Shown: positions 53,231 to 64,000 of the stretch, in pieces | How positions within the stretch are numbered: the first letter of the stretch is position 1 | How the letters are laid out: the number at the start of each line of letters is the position of its first letter | Source: Parasitella parasitica NRRL 2501 | Taxonomy: Eukaryota > Fungi > Mucoromycota | Reading direction: 5' to 3' | Assembly (NCBI GenBank): GCA_025201805.1 | Contig: MU619369.1 | Span: 7,535 to 71,534 of the forward strand | DNA: 64,000 nucleotides | Notes under the pieces: generated by a model | What the model saw: the letters and a program-made list of their open reading frames with translations, nothing else | Told to the model about the DNA's origin: nothing | Database searches by the model: none | Made by a program: the position numbers and the translations under genes

Positions 53231-54634
53231 ATGTCGACACCTGCTACCAAGGTTAATTTTAGAGAAAACAAAAACGAAGGAATAGTAGAACAGATACAAG
53301 ATGTGGATTTCGCATTGAAGATGAGGAATGCAGTTGATGTGCAGTTAATTGATACTAACCTCTACATGAGCAAAGAGTTGTGGCTGCCTTGGGGGGCAAG
53401 AGGAGCGTTTGGTGGGCAAGTAAGTTAATGTGTAAAACGAACCATAACAACGGCATTTGATATATTTATAATATTCTAGGTTGTGGCTCAAGCATTGAGA
53501 GCTGCTTGGGATACCGTAGACGAAGACTTCTTTGTTCATGTAAACCATACAATTTACTCTGGTCACTCAACACTAACATTTGGCTATGACCATAGTCCCT
53601 CCATGCTTATTTTATATTGGCTTGCAGTGTTGAGATACCAGTGATTTACAGCATTCAGCGAATAAGAGAAGGAAAATCATATGCCACTCGTACTGTAACG
53701 GCAACGCAAAAGGGAAAAGCCATCTTTATCTGCAGTTGTAGTTTTGTTAAGGCTGATGATTCAGTTACATTAAGTCATCAAGTGAGTTGTGGATTTGGAA
53801 ACAAATATGCGAGCTGACGATATACTAGACGCTTATGCCTCAAACGGTAGATCCGGAGACATTGACTTCGTAAGATTTTGTATATAGTCGCTTTTTTCAC
53901 TTGAAAAGTGCCTAACATAACGATTTAGTGACATTGAAGTATTGAAAAACACTTTGGCTATCACTGAGAGTATTTCTGAGAATGTGAAAAAGACGACCCA
54001 AAAGAGATTAGAGGAGGTGTGTGTACCATCAAGTCTGATAGCCCAATTTCATAATGACATCTTTAAACAGGACCTAGCCATTGACTCCCGTGCAGTTAAA
54101 ACGCTATCACCGCAACAAGTGATTACAGGTAGAGTGGAACCCAGCCCTCACAGTGTAAGTTTCTTTTTCCAATATGCAACAAGCGTGTGGTTTACTAATG
54201 GCTGCACTTGTGAACAGCAACGTTGGTTTAAAACCAGAGGATCGCTGAACGATGATATGAAGCTTCATGCTTGCATCATTGCATATGCATCTGATAGTGG
54301 GTTTATTACCACTGCTGCCGCTGCTCATGGCCATCTTATTAATTCAAGAGGCCTTGGTATGCTTGCCTCACTAGATCATAGTATATGGTTCCATTATCCA
54401 GCAGCCAGAGCAGATACATGGCTGTTGTATGACGTTCAAAGTCCTCAAGCTGACAACGGAAGAGCCATAGTTTTCGGCAAGATCTACAGCCAAAACGGTA
54501 CTTTGGTAGCGACAACTGCACAAGAAGGTATTTTACGTATTTCTCAGCGTGAGCAAGAAAAAAGAAAGAAGGCTGCTGCTGCTGCTGATGCTGCTGCTGC
54601 TGCTGCTACAAACTTAACAAAGAGCAAACTCTAG
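53231..54634 (+). CDS. TES1: Peroxisomal acyl-CoA thioesterase II (TesB/ACOT8 family)
   Basis: RGAFGGQVVAQAL, VHSLHAYFI, RIREGKSYATRTVTATQ, AYASD, ASLDHSIWFH, VATTAQEG; C-terminal SKL PTS1. Confidence 0.93.
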
Positions 54635-55022
54635 ATTGAATGAATTGTCACTACATTTTGTTAGAATAAAGCGATTTATTTTTTACTGTCATACCTCGCA
54701 GATTTTATCGCAGCCATTGCCAAACCTCCAGCATGACAGACTACAAACCAAATTGGCTGTGTGTCTGTCCCTATCACAGTTTTCAGTCATTTCGTTGAAA
54801 TCCAACTAATTTAATCACAAACGGTACGTATGTTCAAGAGGAAAGATAAAGGGAAAGTTATGTATCGTATAAGTCAGTGTTCCTTGAGTCTGTGTGCACT
54901 CAAGCAGCAATCAGCTCGAAACCTGCCAATTTACCCCTGGATTTCTTGCTTTATTCAAAAATACAAGCAAAGGGCATCATCTGTTCTTTTAAAAAAATGA
55001 ATATGAGGCCTCAAAAATTCAA

Positions 55023-57047
55023 CTAGTCCCTCATTTTCACGTTCTCGTCAATATCTTTCTGCTGCTCCTGGTGCTGGCTATCAGCTACTTCGTCATTTAT
55101 GCCATCGGATTCGTCTTCGTCGTCGAACTCCTCAAAAGCGTCAATCACATCCAAGTTTGTATCGTCTTCCAGGTCGTTCGCCATACTCTTATTTACAGAT
55201 GCCAGCTGCTCGATGTATTCATCTGCCACTTGTTGTAACCGTTTGCTTGAGCCCTCATCGTGACCCATTGCATGAATAGCTTCTCTTGCTGGCTTTTCAA
55301 AATCGGTGATCATTGAGCTATTGAGATCATCTTCCTCGTCGCCTTCTTCGTCTATAGTACTCTCTCGTCCAGAGGCAATTTCCTTGGCTATATCATCAGC
55401 TAATCCTTCTTCAATATTTTGGGCAGGTGCAGCACTTCCAGTATCTACCAATTCACCATACTTTAGTTTCAGTTTTTTTCTGAGGCGTTCAAATACACAT
55501 TTGTAAAAAAATCCTCCATATTTCTATTTTGTGAGTGAGCAAAAGTGAGCGCGAAAGAGAGAGTGTGTCTATGTGTGTGTCTGTGTGCGTATTGAGAGAA
55601 GAAACTTACGGTTGAATACTGCTTGATATAGTCTTGGTTGTGAGTAATAGGCGTAAAATCAGGATCAGTAAGGTCGCATATTTGATACATGCACGATGCG
55701 CCGGGTACGATTTTACCGTCGAAAACATGTTGATTGGGCATTTGTCTGCAGATATGGTTAATAGCTAGGGCATTGGCATATGACCTCAGCTTACCTGGGA
55801 ACCTCAGATTTAGCTGTGCTACTAGCACGGGTTTTTCTATAGATGGCTCGTTTAGTCTGCCCCTCTTTGTAAATCCTTCTAATGTCAATTTGCTGATAGC
55901 TGATGTCTGATTAGCAGACAATATGGTTGGGTGATCTTAGGCGGCCTTACATGTAATATTTTGGGTTTGATTTAGGATTTATGCCATACTTGACCCAGCA
56001 CTCTCGCCAAGGACCCGTTTGGAACGTATATGCTATATGTACAAGTCCTTTGGTGATATATTTATGATATTTTGGGTCTAGGTTATTGCGAATCGCAAAT
56101 CGTAACCAAATAGGGCGATCAACAAACAGATCAGCTATTGCTTCAATTGCTTCCTTTTCGAGCTCTGTCGAAGGCCCCTTTACATTATGCCAAGATTTCG
56201 AAGGAATGTTCTCGTCATCGTACTTGATAGCTGTCACTTCATGTCCATAGTATCTAGATCGGTTCAGCAGTTTGATTTTGTACTAATTTTTAACAACGAG
56301 TTAATGTGTATCTGCAATGGCAACGTGTCATTATAGTGCTTACCGATCCGTCAGGTTGTCTCACTCGTACTCGTAATACAGGTTGGTTTTGCTTGTAACC
56401 GTAGTTGAATGGTGCTTCGATGGGTGTAAATGTAGGAGGCGGAATATTGCGAAGGTTATCAAAATCATCATCGTCATCTGGCACCCTGTAATTTACAATT
56501 CTTTCCACTATTTATGACAGAATGAGCTGCATGTCCTATGCGAATAATCAAAAATGCATTACCATCTCCCATATCCAATGCTTCCTTCAATTGACGAATT
56601 TTATCGTCTGCTGGTACAATGTACTGAAAATCGGCCAATGCTGTAAATCATTATTAGCCATTTTTTCTGTCAAAAGAACTGGAATCTACGCTCACCTCTG
56701 AATCGTACAGTCTTTTCTACCGTCCCCAAGATTTGAATTGTCCATGGCGCATCGCTATCATCTTGAACGATTTCTCCTGTTTTCTTGTTCTTCTTTACGC
56801 GCCTAGTTACCTTGGCCAGCAGCTTGCACGTATCTAAAAAGTCGCCATTGATGGGATGTGAGAAAATGTCTTTGGCCCTATATCTTAATTGCACTTGATC
56901 GTCGTTTGACAATGCTTCGCTCAGAATACTTTCTCCACCCAGCGTCCTGATAGCACGGTCGGTTCTTTTCACAAAGCCTGGGTATTCGATACACAGAAAT
57001 TTCTTTTTCTCGATGGGGATTAATGGACTTGGTTCATGACCTGACAT
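55023..57047 (-). CDS. TFC1: RNA polymerase III transcription factor TFIIIC subunit tau95 (Tfc1/GTF3C5)
   Basis: CIEYPGFVKRTDRAIRTLGG, RFRALADFQY, IPPPTF, LFVDRPIW, YTFQTGPWRECWVKYGINP, YQICDLTD; acidic tail. Confidence 0.88.
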
Positions 57048-57226
57048 GTTGTGAAGTAACGCGGAAAGAAATGTTTGTGAGCAATTTTTTTCATCTTTAC
57101 GGTCACTTGGTCATGCTTCCTAAAATTGCATCTGTGCAAGAACTGAAAGCCTAATTAGCGATTGTCTCTCTGAGTTGCAACCTACCAAGAGCTCCTTTTT
57201 CTCTTTCTATTTCTCATACCCAAGCC

Positions 57227-58389
57227 ATGCCGTCCACTGAAGAACAAGTGCTTACGCTGGAAACAGCAACACTGATACCACCCAATGCTGCTGGACGAGC
57301 TGGCATATACACTGCAATTACACAAGATCCAGAGACAGGCATTTCATCTGTCGCAACTCAAAAAGAAAAAAGAGCTTGGTTTTGGACTAGCAATTCTTAT
57401 GCATGGTCATTAACAACACTTGTGCTATTATTTCTGCTATTCACTGCTCTAGAATACGCTTTGATAAAGCTAAATTTACCAGCTATGAATTCGTAACGTT
57501 TGAATTATTTCCCTTTTCCCTTTTCTCTTTTTGACAATATTAATGGCATAAATTTGTAGACATGATAGAGACGCTATTAAATTCCCAAGAAATCTGGACG
57601 ATTTAAGGAAATTGAACGCTGTGCTATCCATCTACATGGATAAACACTTTATTAATGTATATGTTACATTCGTCATAACATACATATAGTGAGTTTTTAG
57701 TAAATCATCCGGTTAATTGCTATTTGCATTTTTATTGAAAACTCTCAAAATTCAGTCTTCAAAGCTTTTCGATTCCTGGTTCCATGTGGTTGTCTATTCT
57801 CGGTGGCACATTGTTCGACTTTTGGCTCATATTATTTACAGTATCTATGGTAAGTGTTCTCTTGTCAGCCCAATCAGCTAAATAATAATAATAATGCCTG
57901 TTATAAGTGTTCTGCTGTCGGTGCATCATTTGCCTACATCATTTCAAGAAGTCTTGCCTCTGTTGCCGTCATTAAACTCATGGGCGAAAGATTGAAAACG
58001 TGGAATGAACAAGTAAGCTGTCAATCTTATTATAGATATCAAGTGCCCATCTTCGTCTATTGTAGCTCGTGCAGCATAAGCAGCATATGATAAACTATAT
58101 GATTGTCTTGAGGATATCGCCATTACCACCTAACTGGACAGTTAACTTAGGATCGCCTCATCTAGGTGTACCTCTTGGCGCTTTCTTCTGGGGTACGTTT
58201 ATAGGTGTTACCCCTCCTTCATTTATACATGTACAAGCTGGGGCTGCTTTGGATCGTTTGTCCTCGTCTGACAACCTAGAACTGTTAACTCCCATCAATG
58301 TGTTGTGTTTATTAGCCGTGGCTGTGGTTGCGTTAATACCTGTCTTTGTAAGAAGAAGATTTGAGAGTCCTCCTCCTATTTCCATTTAA
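57227..58389 (+). CDS. TMEM41/VTT (DedA superfamily, SNARE-associated Golgi) membrane protein
   Basis: LQSFSIPGSMWLSILGG, CSAVGASFAY, LRISPLPPNWTVNLGSPHLGVP...FFWGTFIG. Confidence 0.9.
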
Positions 58390-59368
58390 AAATACCCCTT
58401 TCTTCATAATGTAACATATTCTCAGAGCATACCAGTAAACTTTTTTTTTCAAATTTGTAAGAATAAAAATAGTAACGAAGTATTTAGAAGAGGAAAGAGT
58501 GAAATAAGACGTTATGAGGGGAGAATAGCTTGCCTCGATTAGAACTATAAAATTATTATGAACATCGCAGACAAGCCATACTTTCAGTTAAAAGAAAGTC
58601 AATATAATATGATATATAGGACATCTATATCCTGATCTTCAATTTGATCTTTTTCAAGAATGCTCACCACAGAAATGACACGCAAAAATGTGTTGAATGA
58701 ATACATGCTCAGCACGAATAACCTTAGGATGGCATCTTCAGAGAGAAATTAAATAGGCTTTAATGACTCCTTGAAGAGCAACAAAAGCAAAGAATTGGAG
58801 ATGCTAATCAGTCTTGAGATTTTAAGCAGATTCACGGACAAGATGCTGGAGAAGGAGGTTACGGATCAAGAGCAGTAGACCTTTGGTTAGTTTGGTAACA
58901 TTAGGCTTTTAACATGAATGCCAAGCGATACACAATGACATAGTTATCGCTAGGGCTATTGATCCAGATAATGAGCAATATACCCTGTTTACAGGCTGTA
59001 AATCTAGAGCTATAAAGATGGCGCTGCTAGTCTGAAATATGTCAGGTAGCATTACATATAAATATAATATTACCTTAAAATGTTACTGCCCAAGTTTCTT
59101 GAATTTCTGAAATTGTTTCAGAGTTTTTTGATACTATGAGTGCATTTCAAGTAACTATAAATATTACTTGAATATAAAAAATATATATAGAGCTATAAGG
59201 TATTTCCTGAAGTCAGTTCTAATCAACTTCATGAACCTTGCAAGTAGACCGGCTCCAAAGCAATCCTTTAAACTCCTTGTAACTTATTTTGGAGTCACAA
59301 CAGTTCAATTGCACTACTAATATCACGCAACTCGACAATTTTTTCTTCTTTACAAATATTCAGCTTAA

Positions 59369-59979
59369 ATGGACCAAGAAGCACAAAAGAGGAAGGAACG
59401 TCTTGCTGCTATGCGAAAGAGAAAGCTGGGAAGCAATGCCGAGACTGACCGCTTTACAGATGAAGTTGGAAAGTAAGAAGCGTGTAAAAAAAAAATCGAT
59501 TTTTAACTAATTGCATTTGTTTGTATGAAATCAAAAGAACACTTAAATTTAGAAGTTACATACCTAGCGATGAGTTATTGAAAGAGCATGTTGATATTGC
59601 CACACCTAGCGATGTTGGGGATACATTAGAAACAGAAACTAAAGATTTTACAAAAGAAACTCTGGCACAAGCTGCAGAAAAGCAAAAAGAAGAAGTGGTT
59701 AGTATAAAGAAACAATTATATATAAAAATACATTACCATTAACCACTTATGACTATCAACAATAAGGATCTATTCAACCTGGCACCAAAGAAACCAAATT
59801 GGGATTTGAAAAGAGACGTCGAGAAAAAGTTGGAAAGATTAGATCGTAAAACACAGCGTACCATTTATGAAATCATTCGCCAGCGATTACAAGGTGATAA
59901 AGACGCTACATTGGCAGAAAAAGTAGCCAATGCCGAAGCTGCCCAAAAGTTTGAATCCCAAAATCAACAAGACGAGTAA
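59369..59979 (+). CDS. CWF18: Pre-mRNA splicing factor Cwf18/CCDC12
   Basis: MDQEAQKRKERLAAMRKRK, LKFRSYIP, DLFNLAPKKPNWDLKRDVEKKLERLDRKTQ. Confidence 0.93.
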
Positions 59980-60054
59980 AGCAAGCAATTGTAAATAAAA
60001 ATATATAATACACACGAGATTTATTACAAAATACTATTACACGTATGAAGGATT

Positions 60055-60666
60055 TTAGTAATTAATACGAGCGAAATGTGGCCTTTGCAATCTAATTTCT
60101 GGAATATTACTATTGAACTTGGTGGAAACAACCATTGGGTTAAGGGTGGTTTTGATCTCATTTACGGAGATACCATGGTATATCAGTTCGTCTTTACCGT
60201 CATCATACACACTGTTTGGCAGCTTTGGTCTTGCTGTTGCACTTCTGGCCCAATTTGAGAGGCTAGTTGAGAATTGATCATTCCTCTTTTTTGACGATAT
60301 TTTGTCGTATATAATAGATGCATTGCCGGAAAAAAATGAATATATGCATTTACTATTCGACATCGATGATTTAATAGCTGCTGCGACTACATGCGACAAC
60401 CTTTCCAATGTGATATCATTATTATCAGTAGATGAGCAATATAGTGAAGAGCTGTTGCTACTATCCGAGCAAGATGAATAACAAGTATGAGAAGCGCTAC
60501 AGGTGTCAAAATCGGCCCCTTTAAATTCATTTTCAAATATACTACATAGGGGAAGAGATGATGGTGACGAGTTTTTGATGATTTGCCAAAATTGCAAGCT
60601 AGTAGTGCGTGGTGGTGTCTCTAAATACGTATCCGGTTGTGTGTTCGATGTACGCATCAAAGCCAT
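60055..60666 (-). CDS. Hypothetical Ser-rich protein (203 aa)
   Basis: Uninterrupted ORF from ATG at 60666; ends EIRLQRPHFARINY; no family recognised. Confidence 0.6.
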   Translation of the reverse strand: MALMRTSNTQPDTYLETPPRTTSLQFWQIIKNSSPSSLPLCSIFENEFKGADFDTCSASHTCYSSCSDSSNSSSLYCSSTDNNDITLERLSHVVAAAIKSSMSNSKCIYSFFSGNASIIYDKISSKKRNDQFSTSLSNWARSATARPKLPNSVYDDGKDELIYHGISVNEIKTTLNPMVVSTKFNSNIPEIRLQRPHFARINY

Positions 60667-63600
60667 ATCAATAGAATTGAAAAAAGAAAAGAAAAGAATA
60701 AAGATAAAAGGCAATAGCAAACACTAATCTGATAATTATCTGATTTAGCTAAATATTAATGTAAGGAGGTGTTCCATTGATTACAAACTATTATAGTGTT
60801 GGAAATAATGAGTAACTATCAACATACGTCTCCCTAATAACAATTCATGATTACTACCCGAATCAAGCGAGTTAGCCTAAGAATAACATCCACATACAAT
60901 TGATCCAGTCAAATACATTCACTACAATGATTTGCATTCTACTTTTAGATTCATCCAGCTCCCTCAAATTGATATAGACTACATATTTGCACAGTTAATA
61001 AAATGTACATTACAGATATATACTATATAAGATATAGGCTCGAGATGGCACCATTAGCATGATAACGGTATAGAATTATATTTGTATCTTGACATGAGCC
61101 TTTGACATTTACTAGATTTGGTATGTGCTACGAGCTTATGCCATATACGATCTATTCTTCAGATGTGTATTCCCAGTTTCCAGATACGCACTACAAGACA
61201 TACATTTATATCCATGATGCTAGCTACAGATACATTATGCACTACAGACTTGTACAATACATATGTGCAATGCTATAGATATACTCATAACATGCTATAG
61301 ACATGCTACATATTCAGATATATGCTAAGATAACTACTAAGTGATATACACTCGGACATATACTATTAATGTGTAAACTAAATAAGCTTATATACTGAAA
61401 ATGATATACGCTTATACTGGATCGATATTAATAATTTTCATATGGAAGATTTATCAGGATACCTCGGGTAAAGTCTATCTACTCACCCAGATAGATCTAA
61501 GTTATCTTTAGTCTGCTGAGATGTCGTTTAGCACGAAATTAAAGATGCTAATTAATCAAAATTGTTGTGCACGTATAATCATGATAGTAGAGCATTTATC
61601 CATACCTTAAGTATATAATAAAAGTTTATCTGCCTGACCAGTAGATGGACTAGAGCTTATACACCTTGTTTAAAATAACAAAATATAGACAGAAAAAATA
61701 CAATTGGAACTGAATATATTTATTTTGCTATTTCAAGATTGAATGAGGATTTAAATTGGTGTACACTTTGAAGTTATTTATAGTTATTTGACAGTGCCGC
61801 AGCAATAACACCATGATCTAGGATGAGGGATAATTGGGTACGCCTTGAACCAATCCCTAAGAGCTTGGTGGATCAAAGTTTCCAAGTTACCAGTAAGACA
61901 AGAGCGCAAATACGTATATATGAAGGATAGAGTGTTGTTCATAGTAGTTTTGATGGAAGAACATTCATCAAGATTTAACACCGATTTCAGGAACCACATG
62001 TCATAGGATATCACCACTTTGTACTGGGATAAAGATCAGCCATTCAATGGCACCACTCATATCTCTTTGCTATGTCTAAATAAAGTCATTCCATTCTTCT
62101 ACCCATTTCTACTCATGCTCGCTCGCTTTATGATATATTATACAGAGTATAATCTATTACCGCTAAGATTTGATCTGTATCCTTAACACACCTGTCAATT
62201 TGATAATAAAAACCTATACCTTTATCAAGTGTGCAATGGAATGGTATAAATAAAAGTGCATAACTGAAAAAAATAAGACTCAAATGTCGCGCATAGTCAA
62301 TTCATACCATTCGAGTTCGCATAACATATAAAGTCATATAAATCAAATCGAATTACAAATACAATTTAAGACCTTATCAATGAATGTCGTGTGAAAGAAA
62401 ATACTCCTGATCAAATTGCTTTCCCTTACACAATAGACATTCAGAATAAGAATAATAATGACAAAGATATCAATTATATGGCAGCTCGTCATTCAATGAG
62501 TTTTTCCCATCATTCTAGATAAGGATATCATTAACACAATAACTAAAGTATATGACGATAGTCATCCTAACACGGCCAACTAATGTTATGCAAATCTCCA
62601 TCAATGGTGAAAGCATTCAGCATAATTTGCTTCTCCTGAAAACCTAAAATTAAACAACGACAAATTAACGCATTGACTCTCGGATCAATGCTTCATCCAT
62701 GAGAACTGATATACAACAATTTAAATCCTATAAATACTAATATGTTTTCCTCTAGATAAAACCTCTGTTGGGTTAAAAAAAGATAATAAACACCAAAGGT
62801 TATCGAGATACGAAAAATTAAAGATACTTTATTTATTAAGATCGAAATTGCATCTGCTATTTATACTTTTTACAACTACATAAATTTATGGTGACTTATT
62901 TAGATTACTAATTGACAAGACTAATTCACAGTGACAATCTACTTGACAGGGTACGATATGAGGTTATACAGCAAGGGTTACACGTCTTTGATCTGACAGT
63001 GCCTTAACCTTTATCCTGGTGCTCAGATCTGTGTTACTTACTACAGGAATAACCTTCTTGATTTGAAACAGAGACTTTATTCTCCAATTTACACAAGCGT
63101 ATCACATCACATCATTGGACAATCGTCAATCTTCAATTGAAGTACATTGCCATGATCTCCTGTCTATAATTATGGCAGATCAAATGTAATAAAAAGTGTA
63201 AAACAACAATAGATACAATTTAATTCCTTCTTTATTTTTTGGAATAGGATAACGTGCAAAGGTTAGACAATTCTACACTATTTATATTCGTTGTTGTAAA
63301 CGGTCTGTCTGTCAGTTACGCCGTAACTGTCAGTCAGGTTTTTCTGTATTTGATTTTACATAATCAAGTACGGTATTCTAATATCGATGTTTCTGACACA
63401 TTTGTAAATGACATGCATGGACCAGTCCTTACATTGGTCTATGCGTTCCAAATGTGGTTTGTTTGTGGTTCGATTTCTTTTTATAAATGTTTCGCGGTTT
63501 TACGGTTAGATATTTAGGTAATCTGTTTATTAGCTTGATTTGGAATCTCTAAGGTAGCTCCGTAAGAGATGATATTCAATTACTTTTTGTGGGAAGTTCT

Positions 63601-64000
63601 ATCACTTCAGCACAACTAAGTTAGATATGACATATGTAGCCTTTATATGAGTACAACAAATAGTAGTAACTAAAAGTTAAAAAGAGGAAATTCAATTTGA
63701 TTGATTTATCAGAAAAGTTCAATAGAAATTAATCAGGTAAAGATTCGTTTATTACATTCAAAAATAGAGGGTTTATATACTTTCTATATGAACTGAGGGA
63801 AGCGATGTGAGGACAAAGGTTTTAATGATGAGATCCGGGAGATAGGGTAGATTTTATCTATCCCAAATGTCATGTCATATTATTTTATGATTTGATGTTT
63901 TACTCTTCAGTATAAATTTATATTATATTGACATCCGGTTTTAGAATTGATACATCATTATATTTGTTGTGCCAGTGTCAAAGGGCGCAGCGTAATGTTA

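Noticed and set aside
58640-58900. Coding-like purine-rich stretch between TMEM41 and CWF18
   Set aside because: Interrupted by a stop, no recognisable family
61050-64000. Short ORFs and loose ATGCTA-type repeats in the terminal 3 kb
   Set aside because: AT-rich, no recognisable motifs, no regular period or termini; cannot support a gene, array or element

Overview
Eukaryotic, AT-rich, gene-dense fungal DNA with many short (~50-70 nt) GT-AG introns, most consistent with a Mucorales (Mucor-like) genome (inference from intron size, composition and gene style). Housekeeping genes recognised from motifs: two tandem RING E3 ligases (PA-TM-RING type), class III alcohol/formaldehyde dehydrogenase, BRE1-like E3, FIT/SCS3, UBP14, Maf, a GLI/Zic-like C2H2 factor, a GCK-III/STE20-like kinase, DDI1, an SPT23/MGA2-like factor, eIF3g, a USP12/46-like DUB, HSP78, GUF1, peroxisomal acyl-CoA thioesterase, TFIIIC tau95, a TMEM41/VTT protein and CWF18. 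Mobile remnants: a Helitron Rep fragment, a Tc1/mariner-type MITE and an internally deleted DIRS-like retroelement. There is one assembly gap. The most notable element is a bipartite cluster of nine small orphan genes encoding secreted pre-pro-proteins: five on the minus strand (2.5-7.5 kb) and four on the plus strand (13.3-16.4 kb). Most share a signal peptide, a basic propeptide ending in a Kex2-type KR/RR site, an acidic C-terminus and a TATA box. The minus-strand five carry (Leu-Pro-X)n polyproline-II-like repeats. One plus-strand member has a predicted intron, invisible to the ORF track, that yields a KR-released disulfide-looped decapeptide GSDRCPWIRC. Gene boundaries were read by eye; internal exon limits are approximate.
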